DNA of 41,548 nucleotides from a virus (taxonomy: Duplodnaviria > Caudoviricetes). Made by a program: the position numbers and the translations under genes. The notes below the pieces were generated by a model. It saw only the letters and a list, made by a program, of their open reading frames with translations. It made no database searches and was not told where the DNA came from. Of the stretch, positions 23,689 to 32,192 are shown piece by piece (the stretch's first letter is position 1; each line of letters opens with the position of its first letter). Location: positions 1 to 41,548 of the IMG/VR virus record IMGVR_UViG_3300044771_000029. One strand, given 5' to 3'.

Positions 23689-26253
23689 TTAGCGGTCAAC
23701 CCGTGCGGCGCCGGAGTACAGCACCAGCGAGGTGTAGGAGTCCTTCAGCTGCGTCGGGGTGTGGATCACCACGAACTGGTCGCCGTAGGCTTCCTTCTTG
23801 CCGGTGAAGCGGCCGTTGGCGTCCTTCTGGTCCTGCAACTGACCCATCGCCCAGGGTTTCATCATGCGGAAGCGTGTGGTACCGCGCTCGCCGATGATGA
23901 TGCGCTGGTCGCCCATGTACAGCCCGGGCGCGGTGGTGCGGAAGTTCGGCACGCCTTTGACGGGGCCGAGATTGCCTTCTGCATCCAGCGCGGTGCCGTT
24001 GCGGGCGCCGGACTCGATGAAGCTGCGCGCCTGCTCGATCTGGGTGCGGATGGTCCCGCTCATCAGGCCGAAGTTCGCCATGTGGTAGCGGTCCGACTCG
24101 ATCGTGTTCTTGCGCAGGCCGTAGCGATACAGCAGCGTGTCCCAGAACAGGTCGGTTGCCACAGAGCCTTGGTCGGTGTCGAAGGCATACACGTTGGTGG
24201 CGTAGGTGTAGCTGGTAGCCTCGACCGCGTGCGTATTAGTCGGGGCAGTTGCCACACCCAGTTCGCTGACGAAGTGCACCTCGCCCAGGTTGTAGTCCAT
24301 CGTGTAGTACAGGCCTGCGGTCTGCGTGCCGGTGCCGTCATACTCGGAACGCGCTACAGCGTTGGTCTTGATCACGATCGGATACAGCGTGCTGCCCACC
24401 TGGTTACCTTGCAGGTCGTACACCTTCTTCGGACGGACGACGGGGAAGTGATCCAGCTTGAAGATCGTCTTGGTGCCGTCGGCGGTAGCCACTGCTTCGG
24501 TTGCTACTGCTACCGCGCCGTACTGGTCTGCCGCGTTCAGGATCTCGTTGAAGATCAGGCGCTCGCTGTCCTCGCCGATGATGCGCGTGGCATTGCGGGC
24601 GTTCTCAGAAGTGGCATCCCAGTCCAACTGGCCGTTGCCGGTCAGGTAACGCAACTCGTCCGATACCTCGAACGCGATCTTCTGCGGCAGAGGATAGGCC
24701 GTCTCGCTGGTCTGCTTCACACCGGCACGTGGAACAGAGCCGCCTTCGTACACGCGCGTGCTGTTGATGCCCGCAGCGCCGGTATCGCGGTAGCTGTACG
24801 GGATCAGCGCCGAGGCGGAGAAGGGCAGCGTGCCCACATCCACAAACTGCAAACCGATCATGTTGTACAACGCCTCGCGGATCACGGTGCGCTCGAAGAT
24901 AGCCGGAACGGTTACATCCGATACCAGGCTATCGCCGGAAGCCAGCATCTTGTGCTCGCGGTGCAACTGCGCGCCGCGCTCGGCGTCGAATGCCGCCAGC
25001 ACTTTCTCGGCGAATTCCTTGTTGACGGTCTGCAACTGGCCGCCGGTGTTGGAGAAACGGCGACCGTCCGACATGCCGGAGATACCCAGGCGCTTGTCGG
25101 CTTCTTCCTGCAGCTTCTTCACCTCGTTGCTGGAATCGACCGTGATATGCACGCTACCGGTACGCTGGAAGCCCATCGCCGAAAGCTGCTTGGATGCTGC
25201 CAGCTCGTTGCCGTGCTTGATCTGGTTCTCGGCCAGACGCTTAACCTGGTCGGCAGTCATCTCGGGCGTGATCAGGTCGGCAACGGATTCGGCCAGCGAC
25301 TTCTTGCTGGCTTCGTCCAGACTGGTGGCGGCGTTGATGGTGTCCGACAGCAGCTTGACGTTGGACTGGCGACCCTGTTTGGTTGCCAGTTTCTCTTCAT
25401 GCAGCTTCTTCGCTTCGGCGTGCATCAATGCCTTCACATCGTCGGCGGTCAAACCGGGAGAGGCGATAGACAGCTTGATATCCTTGTTACCAGCGGCGAT
25501 GCCTTCGGCCAACGTCTTGCCGGTGGCAGCGAAGGTTTCCAGCAGCGCCTTGGCTTTCACTTCGTCGGTGATGGGTTGCACGGCGGTTTCGAATGCGGAC
25601 AGCAGTTGCGTGCGCATCGCTTCAGACAGCAAGACGATGCCAATGAGGGCGGCTTTCAGTTGTTCGGCGAGTAATTTATGCATGGTTGAAATCTCCTGTA
25701 ATAGGGTTGTTTGCAAATCGGGGTGTAAAAGCGTGGGCGGCGTGTCGTCCGGCTCGGAGAGCTTGACGGGGTCGAGGCCTTTGATGACAGGGCGAATGGT
25801 GAGCCCCGCACCGACCAGCATCGGGCCGTGCTGCTCGCGCTTTTCGTTGTCTTTGTAGTTCTCGCTGTATTCGGCGGAGAGATAAACGAATCCGCGTTCC
25901 TTGACGGCTTCCACTCCGAACGGCGTCCACTCCAGGAGCGCGCGCAGCTTGGTGCCTTCGAGGGCGAGTTTCAGGAATTTGGCCGCAGCGCCATCGGATG
26001 GCTTGTGTGCGACATCGAGGAAGATATCCTGGCCGTATGTGCGCTTTTCGAAGTTCGCGATCATCGAGAGCAACATCTCCCGTGTGATCTTGAAGTCGCC
26101 ATAGCGCGGATCGAAGAAACTGCCGATCTTGGTGACCGTCACCCATGTCTGAGGAGCTTCGCCATCCAGCGACAAACTCTTCGGCAACTCGGCGACAAAA
26201 CGACGCAGCCCATCCGGGCTGAGTGCTTCGAGCAATATTCGACGTGATCTCAT
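23689..26253 (-). CDS. Fused Mu-I-like prohead protease, scaffold and major capsid protein (854 aa)
   Basis: N-terminal G.F.DPRYG...D..H...AA...WTP.G......Y.SAE...GLT.RP protease, a helical linker and a capsid-like C-terminus. No separate capsid gene is present. Confidence 0.8.
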   Translation of the reverse strand: MRSRRILLEALSPDGLRRFVAELPKSLSLDGEAPQTWVTVTKIGSFFDPRYGDFKITREMLLSMIANFEKRTYGQDIFLDVAHKPSDGAAAKFLKLALEGTKLRALLEWTPFGVEAVKERGFVYLSAEYSENYKDNEKREQHGPMLVGAGLTIRPVIKGLDPVKLSEPDDTPPTLLHPDLQTTLLQEISTMHKLLAEQLKAALIGIVLLSEAMRTQLLSAFETAVQPITDEVKAKALLETFAATGKTLAEGIAAGNKDIKLSIASPGLTADDVKALMHAEAKKLHEEKLATKQGRQSNVKLLSDTINAATSLDEASKKSLAESVADLITPEMTADQVKRLAENQIKHGNELAASKQLSAMGFQRTGSVHITVDSSNEVKKLQEEADKRLGISGMSDGRRFSNTGGQLQTVNKEFAEKVLAAFDAERGAQLHREHKMLASGDSLVSDVTVPAIFERTVIREALYNMIGLQFVDVGTLPFSASALIPYSYRDTGAAGINSTRVYEGGSVPRAGVKQTSETAYPLPQKIAFEVSDELRYLTGNGQLDWDATSENARNATRIIGEDSERLIFNEILNAADQYGAVAVATEAVATADGTKTIFKLDHFPVVRPKKVYDLQGNQVGSTLYPIVIKTNAVARSEYDGTGTQTAGLYYTMDYNLGEVHFVSELGVATAPTNTHAVEATSYTYATNVYAFDTDQGSVATDLFWDTLLYRYGLRKNTIESDRYHMANFGLMSGTIRTQIEQARSFIESGARNGTALDAEGNLGPVKGVPNFRTTAPGLYMGDQRIIIGERGTTRFRMMKPWAMGQLQDQKDANGRFTGKKEAYGDQFVVIHTPTQLKDSYTSLVLYSGAARVDR

Positions 26254-26360
26254 ACGTTCTTCCCTTTTGAAAATTGCCGTCAGCAGCGGGTGGAGCGAGC
26301 GAGCTGTGTGCCCGCTGCATCGGGCTGGCCTTTTCAGGTTGGGAGAGAGTTTCGTGGATT

Positions 26361-26390
26361 GGTCAAGCCAAAAACAGGCTGGAAAGTGGC
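26361..26390 (-). promoter_or_regulatory. Putative activator-dependent late promoter 2
   Basis: Exact copy of the 30-bp motif, between a terminator and the capsid gene. Confidence 0.75.
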
Positions 26391-26406
26391 GCGGCGGGTG
26401 GGTGAT

Positions 26407-26432
26407 AAAAAAAGACCGCACCGGGCGGTCTT
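26407..26432 (-). terminator. Intrinsic terminator after the head morphogenesis gene
   Basis: AAGACCGC-CCGGT-GCGGTCTT hairpin with a T-run. Confidence 0.8.
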
Positions 26433-26458
26433 CTGAAACACATGAATTAATGTGCTGC

Positions 26459-27490
26459 TTACATTGTTTTCTGCACCTCACGCCACGGCGTGCGGATCAT
26501 TCTCGGCGTGAGCTTCCCCGCCTTGAAAACTTCGTGCTTGTTCTTGCCCAGCACCCCGATCTGCTGCGCCGGGGTAAGCCTGTCCAGCGCCTGCAGGTGG
26601 GTTTCCTTACCGGCACGGTCTGCCGCTGTCACCTCGTCCTTGAAAACGCCCACCACGAAGCTGATGGTGTTCGGGTGCGCTGGCCAGCCGGTATCTTCCA
26701 GCGTCGGGTAAACGCCTAGGCCGAGGCCGTACAGATTTTGCCTGGACAGCAGGTCGCAGATATCCGGCTTGGGGTGCCCCGGCGAAAGCATAAAGCGCAA
26801 CCCCGCCGCGTCCGGATGCTGCATGAACCCCTCGGCATAGGCTGTGCCGTGGGCGCGGTTGATCTCGGTGCGCATCACCCGCATGGCGTTATCCATCGGG
26901 CTGCCCACACCGGTGAGCAGCTCGCTGGCCACCTCCGCCATCGCCTGCGCATTGGCCGCGCGCATCTTGGCCGCCAGCTCCGCCGTCACCGCCTCACCCC
27001 GCGCCAACAATTCGCGCGCCGCCTGCGCCGCGCCCTGCCCCTGGATCACCGCCGATTCGACGGCATTGGTGATCAGGTCGCGCGCCTGGCGGTCGAGCCG
27101 CCAGATGCGGTCGGAAAGCTGCAAACCGTCCGGGCCCACGAAGTTGCGCAGCGTCCTGACTGTGTTGGCGTGGATCTGCGCCGCGATGCCAAGCCCGACG
27201 AACACATCGGCGCCGATACTGATGGCGGCGGCCATGTTCTGGTTAAACATCCGGTCACGCGCCTCGGTCAGTTGCTTCAGCCGTGCATTCACCTGTGCCA
27301 GCACGGTCTGCAACTCCTGCAACGACACATTGCCATCCGCGCCACCGGCGGCGGCGATCTGCCGCTGGATGTCCTGCGCGGCGGCACGGTACAGCTTTTC
27401 GAGCTGCTCCAGCGCGGCGGCGTCCAGCTTGACCGCCTGCTTCTGCGCGGCCAGCGTGGCTTCGAGGATGGCGAGTTGTTCGGGCGTCAT
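26459..27490 (-). CDS. Head morphogenesis / minor capsid protein (SPP1 gp7, Mu gpF-like)
   Basis: LSDRIW, RTEINRAH, DICD and PAHPN motifs. Follows the portal gene. Confidence 0.85.
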   Translation of the reverse strand: MTPEQLAILEATLAAQKQAVKLDAAALEQLEKLYRAAAQDIQRQIAAAGGADGNVSLQELQTVLAQVNARLKQLTEARDRMFNQNMAAAISIGADVFVGLGIAAQIHANTVRTLRNFVGPDGLQLSDRIWRLDRQARDLITNAVESAVIQGQGAAQAARELLARGEAVTAELAAKMRAANAQAMAEVASELLTGVGSPMDNAMRVMRTEINRAHGTAYAEGFMQHPDAAGLRFMLSPGHPKPDICDLLSRQNLYGLGLGVYPTLEDTGWPAHPNTISFVVGVFKDEVTAADRAGKETHLQALDRLTPAQQIGVLGKNKHEVFKAGKLTPRMIRTPWREVQKTM

Positions 27491-27493
27491 TGC

Positions 27494-28918
27494 TTAGCCG
27501 TTCCCGATGCTGGTACCGGACTCGCCCTTGCGACCGTTTCCCGGCGTAACCTTGACGGTCACACCACGGTTGCGCGAGACCGGTTGCTTCTCCGGTTGCG
27601 GCGGCGGCTCCGGCTGATCGCCGGGATACGGGTCGACGTTTTTAGCCTCCCACTCGCGGCGACGCTCGACATAGGCCGGATCGTCGCCGATGTATTCGAA
27701 CACCATCCCCTGCGGGTAGCCCATCGCCTTCATCTTCAGGGCGATGTCCATTGTCTGCGTCATGGTCTCGGTGCGGCGGGCCTTGTAGGTGATCTTGAAG
27801 TCCTCGGCATCCGGGTTGATGCCTTTGAGCAGCAGTTGCAGGCGGAATCCTTGCTCGTAGCAGAACGACAGCGTGTCCTGCAGCACGTCCACTTCATCGT
27901 AATAGTCCCGCTTCAGGTCTTCCAGGATGTCGCGCGCCAGGCCGTCGGTGTAGCCTGCCAACCCCTTCGGTATCGGGCTGCCAGCGAAGAATGAATCCAG
28001 CAGGTGCACGATGTCTTTCATCTGGTCCAGGTTGCTGTCGCCCTGCAGCGCGGTCACAGCACCTTCCTTGTTCATGTAGTAGTCGGTAACTGCTCCCTGC
28101 GCCTGGTCTTTTTCCACACCCTCTCGATACTTCTGCACCTCGGGTTCACTGGCCCCCTTGAGCACATGCGCCATCCGCAACGGCGCACGCATGCGGCGGC
28201 GGATCACCAGATCCTCTTCCGTCATCCCCAGCTTGCGCCAGGTGGTGCGCGCCGCATCCAGAAACGGCCGCCCCATGCTGCCCATGTCGTCGTAGTTGTC
28301 CGGGTCAAAGCGGGCGTGGCAAAGCTGCCACAGCGGGAACGCGGCCAATTCCTTGCCGGTCATCACGTCGAATTGGATGTAGGCCTTCTGAATATCTTTG
28401 AACAAACCATCCTGCCCGATGTTAGGCAGGATAGTCTCGGCAGGCATGCGGATGCCCTGCACCACGTTGTACTCGCGATCCAGCACCCACTGGTAAGGCA
28501 GATTCCCCTCCATCACCAGGCCGCGCGCATCGCTCTTGATCTTCTCGATGCGGTTGAGCTGCAGGCGGCGCTGGAACTCGTCCCACTCGCGCGCCAGCAC
28601 ATCGCTGGCCTCGCCCTGCAACATCACCAACCCGCCCTTCACGATGTCCCGCGCGATGCGGCTGTGAATGCGCTTCACCCGCCCGTCCAGCTTGTCCATC
28701 TCGCGCACATCCAGAATCGACTGCCTCAAGTCCGGATCCACCCACATGACGCGGTAGGCATACTTGATCTGGTCCTCCATCGTCGGGCGCCGCCCGATCT
28801 CGCTGGTGGGTGCGTTGCGGGTGGCGTTCTCGTTCGGGAGCAGCTGCGTTTGCACCCCGCCGCCCCATCTCACCGCCGCGCTCTTCGCCCGGGCTTTCAA
28901 AGTATCAAGCAGTCCCAT
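27494..28918 (-). CDS. Portal protein
   Basis: About 474 aa between terL and the gp7-like gene. H.RF......GRPFL..AR..W..L...ED.L.I.R..RAP.R motif. Confidence 0.85.
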   Translation of the reverse strand: MGLLDTLKARAKSAAVRWGGGVQTQLLPNENATRNAPTSEIGRRPTMEDQIKYAYRVMWVDPDLRQSILDVREMDKLDGRVKRIHSRIARDIVKGGLVMLQGEASDVLAREWDEFQRRLQLNRIEKIKSDARGLVMEGNLPYQWVLDREYNVVQGIRMPAETILPNIGQDGLFKDIQKAYIQFDVMTGKELAAFPLWQLCHARFDPDNYDDMGSMGRPFLDAARTTWRKLGMTEEDLVIRRRMRAPLRMAHVLKGASEPEVQKYREGVEKDQAQGAVTDYYMNKEGAVTALQGDSNLDQMKDIVHLLDSFFAGSPIPKGLAGYTDGLARDILEDLKRDYYDEVDVLQDTLSFCYEQGFRLQLLLKGINPDAEDFKITYKARRTETMTQTMDIALKMKAMGYPQGMVFEYIGDDPAYVERRREWEAKNVDPYPGDQPEPPPQPEKQPVSRNRGVTVKVTPGNGRKGESGTSIGNG

Positions 28919-29192
28919 GTCCATTCCCTTCGTTTGTAATATCCGTTCGTGCTGAGCCTGTCGAAGCATGAATGACAACCGCCCCCACGCTGCGCCAGCC
29001 ATCAATCAGCCCAACCTCATGCAATTCCTTGATCACTGGAACCAGCTCCGGCATGTGCTTCAACACCACCGCCTTGTTCTCTGCCACCCTCTCCGATTCC
29101 GCAGCGCTTAACACCTTCAGCGGCCGCTTCACCGGCGGCGGCGGTCGCTTCCACAGCGCACCAGGCACAAACAGTTCCACATCCCTGCTCAC
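28905..29192 (-). CDS. Hypothetical protein, 95 aa, with an in-frame REP near the C-terminus
   Basis: GTGA-coupled to terL. Residues ASTGSART are encoded by the family A repeat. Confidence 0.7.
   Translation of the reverse strand: MSRDVELFVPGALWKRPPPPVKRPLKVLSAAESERVAENKAVVLKHMPELVPVIKELHEVGLIDGWRSVGAVVIHASTGSARTDITNEGNGHGTA
28943..28968. repeat. REP-like palindrome family A, copy 4
   Basis: CCGTTCGTGCTGAGCCTGTCGAAGCA, with compensatory stem changes (TGCT/AGCA instead of CCCT/AGGG). Confidence 0.75.
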
Positions 29193-30829
29193 GCCGCAAT
29201 CCTCTCCTGCATCCCCATCAACTGCTCGCGCGACTGCACCCTGCTGCCGATCACCGTCGGCACATCCTCCGCCCCGCGCGTCACCAGCGCCCACACGCCC
29301 GCGCAGGCCGCGTCGAACAAGTCGTCGCCCAGCTTGGCGTTCACCATCTTGTAACTTGAGTAACTGGATTTTGTCGGCAGCGTCTTGATGTTGCCCATCT
29401 GGCGCACGAATGCCACCCAGTCCGGCGGGCCGGTAAGGGTGGAAGCCTCGGCGCTGGGCGGCAACCACACCACGTTCGAATCTTCCTTGGCCTCGACGAT
29501 ATCGCGGCTGTCATCGAAGTACGGAATCGCCGCTTGCCCGTTGTGGAAAGCCGCCCGCAGCGCCGTAGCCATGCTGTGCTTGGTCATCCCCTCAAATCGA
29601 ATCGGCGCGAACGGCCACTGCGTCCAGGTGGTGGCCGTGCTGTCTCCGTCGCCGATGGTGCGGCGGTCGATATCGGTCAGGCCGTGGGCATACAGTTCAT
29701 CGTTGAGCGCGGTGAGCATGCCGACGCCATACGCATCACCCATCGCATAGTCCGGCCGGAAGTATTCCCACAGGCCGCGCAGATCGCGCTGCACCACCTT
29801 GTCGTCGGTACCGGCCGGCCAGGTCTTCACGAAGGGGAAGGTGACAAAGTTGCCGATCTGCTCGGTCACCACCAGGGCGGACTTGGAAGCATGCAGCGAT
29901 TCGCCGTGGCCGGAATGGTCATACCCGAACGACAGCAGCCCGCGCTTCTTGTACCGCGCGCCCGGCATCGGGTCGGCGATCTCCAGCTTCGCCTTCAACC
30001 CCACCGACATCGCCTTGCGGATGTACTTCTCCCAGATATGGTTCTGCGCCGAGACGTTTTTGCACAAAAACTGCCGGATGAACTCCCCATCCGGCAACTG
30101 CGCCCGCATCTCCAGCATGAAAGCCTCGTTCAGGATGCCCATCTCCATGCCCAGGTACACGTTCACGATCGGCAGCAAGTGATACTGCTTCGAGTCGATC
30201 AACTGCTGGATCACGTCCGCACCCTTGAATACCCCCGTCACGCGGATCTGCGGCTTGAACGAAACCTCCTTGGCCGCCCCCATGCGCCGCGCCGAACCCA
30301 ACATCGGCAGGAAACGCGACATCAACCGGTCGGCGGGCATGTCGTCTACCTCCTCGATAGAGGCGTAGCTGATCGCGTCACCGTCAATCTGCGACATGAT
30401 CCCGTAAGCCGATGCCTTGGAAAGATTGGTGAACTGGTACTTCGTGTCAGAAAGCTGCTCCCGCCCGCTCTTAAACTCGATGTACGACTTCAACATCGGC
30501 GAGCGGCGGATGGCTTCCAGGTGATAGTTCAGATTGTTCTGCGACTGCTGCAGCCGCGGCGCCACAATGCCCAGCTCCTGCGCCGGAGTGGTCGCGTTAT
30601 GCTTCAACGCATGCAACTCCTTCACCGCCGTTTTGCCCGTCCTCCGGCACGACACATCGATGGTATTCGGGTGCTCGTCCATCTCGATGCATTTCAGAAT
30701 CTGCACCGGGTCCAACTCCACCCCATGCACATGCTTGTGCCACATCGCGTGGTCATCCTTGTAGCGCAGAATCTCCTTCTCGGCGCGGATCGTGAGGCGG
30801 ATGCGGTCGCTGGCGGTGACGCGGCTCAC
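29189..30829 (-). CDS. terL: Terminase large subunit
   Basis: Walker A RRTGKT, Walker B-like ASIEEVD, nuclease motifs FGYD and GDDLFDA. Confidence 0.9.
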   Translation of the reverse strand: MSRVTASDRIRLTIRAEKEILRYKDDHAMWHKHVHGVELDPVQILKCIEMDEHPNTIDVSCRRTGKTAVKELHALKHNATTPAQELGIVAPRLQQSQNNLNYHLEAIRRSPMLKSYIEFKSGREQLSDTKYQFTNLSKASAYGIMSQIDGDAISYASIEEVDDMPADRLMSRFLPMLGSARRMGAAKEVSFKPQIRVTGVFKGADVIQQLIDSKQYHLLPIVNVYLGMEMGILNEAFMLEMRAQLPDGEFIRQFLCKNVSAQNHIWEKYIRKAMSVGLKAKLEIADPMPGARYKKRGLLSFGYDHSGHGESLHASKSALVVTEQIGNFVTFPFVKTWPAGTDDKVVQRDLRGLWEYFRPDYAMGDAYGVGMLTALNDELYAHGLTDIDRRTIGDGDSTATTWTQWPFAPIRFEGMTKHSMATALRAAFHNGQAAIPYFDDSRDIVEAKEDSNVVWLPPSAEASTLTGPPDWVAFVRQMGNIKTLPTKSSYSSYKMVNAKLGDDLFDAACAGVWALVTRGAEDVPTVIGSRVQSREQLMGMQERIAA

Positions 30830-30990
30830 TTCTTCGCCCTTTTTTCACGCCTCGATGCAGCGGGCCGTTCCTTGCGGTTTGGTTGATTATTGGATGTGGT
30901 TGAGTCGCGCGCTAACTCATCAATCCAAACCTGATAGCGAGGATCAGGTTTGGATTGCTCAATAACTCGACGAAGTTCATTCGTATTCAC
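30826..30990 (-). CDS. Small basic protein, 54 aa (not in ORF track)
   Basis: GTGA-coupled at both ends. MNTNELRRVIEQSKPDPRYQVWIDELARDSTTSNNQPNRKERPAASRREKRAKK. Confidence 0.6.
   Translation of the reverse strand: MNTNELRRVIEQSKPDPRYQVWIDELARDSTTSNNQPNRKERPAASRREKRAKK
30921..30957. repeat. Perfect 15-bp inverted repeat with 7-nt loop
   Basis: CAATCCAAACCTGAT-AGCGAGG-ATCAGGTTTGGATTG. Confidence 0.9.
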
Positions 30991-31937
30991 GCCCCACCAC
31001 CCTGCTGATACTCAATCAGCTTAGGATCATGCTCAGTCAACTTGTTCGCACGCTGCACCTTGTCCGCCATCCCGGCCAGCAGCTCCACAGTGCGCTGGCG
31101 GAACTGGTTCGCCGCCTCCTGCTCCTGGCTATCCTGCTCCAGCCTGCCGAAAGCATCCTCCTCCGCCTCGATCACCTTCTGCGTCATACCCATATCCGAA
31201 AGCGTAAGCCCGGCGCGGCTCAGCAGCTCAGCCAAAGGCTTGAACAGAGGATTAGCCTCCATACTGGTGCGCAGTATCTTTCGTTCACCCTTCTCGTTGA
31301 TGTATTCAGCGACGCGGATATTCCCTTCCTCATCCTTATCCCACACCACCTGCTCAACCTTCACCCCGTCCGCCACGATGGTCTGGATGATCTGCTGCAC
31401 CAAGGCGAATATCGCCGCCTGTTGGTCAGCATAAATCCCCATGAGATGTTTAGGATTGCGCTGCTCGAAAGCCGCATGATGCAACATGAACAGTTCGGTC
31501 TTCTTCACGCACGCAGACTGCGAAGCGCAGTGCACCCGGTCTACGTCACACCCGTTGCAAAATGGATACCCGTCCGGTTTCGCCGGGAAATACGTAGCCG
31601 TCCGCGCGTTCAGCCCATGTTTCATGGCATTGAACCGCGTCCGCAGTGATTCTTCCTTTGTTGGGTGTCCTTCCAGATTGGCAGCCGTCGCCGCCTTGCC
31701 TGCCTCAGTCTTCGGCCCGGTCGCCTTCGTCCAAGCCTTCATCGCGTTCCGTTCCCAATAAACCTGCTCGCACTCCGTGCCGCAGCTCAGGCAGTTCGCG
31801 AAATACTGGAACGGGTGATGCTCCTGCTCAAGCGCCTCCACCACCCGCCCAGGCTCCGCCTTGAACGAACGGCAGCAGCTCGGCTGCTTGCAGTGGAATG
31901 TGATCTCTGTGAGGGGTTTGGAGCGATCTTGTGCCAT
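30987..31937 (-). CDS. Terminase small subunit-like protein with Cys clusters
   Basis: Upstream of terL. TGPKT.AGK...NAMKHGL motif and CxxC pairs. Confidence 0.65.
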   Translation of the reverse strand: MAQDRSKPLTEITFHCKQPSCCRSFKAEPGRVVEALEQEHHPFQYFANCLSCGTECEQVYWERNAMKAWTKATGPKTEAGKAATAANLEGHPTKEESLRTRFNAMKHGLNARTATYFPAKPDGYPFCNGCDVDRVHCASQSACVKKTELFMLHHAAFEQRNPKHLMGIYADQQAAIFALVQQIIQTIVADGVKVEQVVWDKDEEGNIRVAEYINEKGERKILRTSMEANPLFKPLAELLSRAGLTLSDMGMTQKVIEAEEDAFGRLEQDSQEQEAANQFRQRTVELLAGMADKVQRANKLTEHDPKLIEYQQGGGA

Positions 31938-31940
31938 TGC

Positions 31941-31986
31941 CGCACAGTAGCGGTGCGGTCAAGTCAAAAACAGGCTGGAAAGTGGC
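31941..31986 (-). promoter_or_regulatory. Putative activator-dependent late promoter 3
   Basis: 30-bp motif with one mismatch, then TACTGT six bases before the ATG at 31937. Confidence 0.75.
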
Positions 31987-31987
31987 T

Positions 31988-32191
31988 TTAAATCAGGGAT
32001 GGTTCTTGAATACGACTGGCGATCAAGTCGCCATGAAGGTCGGAAATTTTGTGGGGCATTTCACTGCCAAATGCATAGACAGTACCGTCATCAACCTCGA
32101 TAACTCGCCACTTTCCTTCTGGAAAGTCTGCTGGCTCACATAGTTCTAACGAACCTCTGTACCAGTAAAACCCGTTTGGGACATTATTCAT
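31988..32191 (-). CDS. Hypothetical protein, 67 aa
   Basis: ATG two bases after the integrase stop. P.GFYWY N-terminus. Confidence 0.65.
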   Translation of the reverse strand: MNNVPNGFYWYRGSLELCEPADFPEGKWRVIEVDDGTVYAFGSEMPHKISDLHGDLIASRIQEPSLI

Positions 32192-32192
32192 C

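Noticed and set aside
23482-25674. Long plus-strand ORFs (e.g. 2124-3611, 23482-25674, 29534-30886, 38004-39851)
   Set aside because: They are antisense shadows of GC-rich minus-strand genes and show no recognisable motifs.
23689-26253. Transposable Mu-like phage
   Set aside because: The protease and activator are Mu-like, but no DDE transposase or MuB-like gene is seen. Integration is better explained by the serine recombinase.
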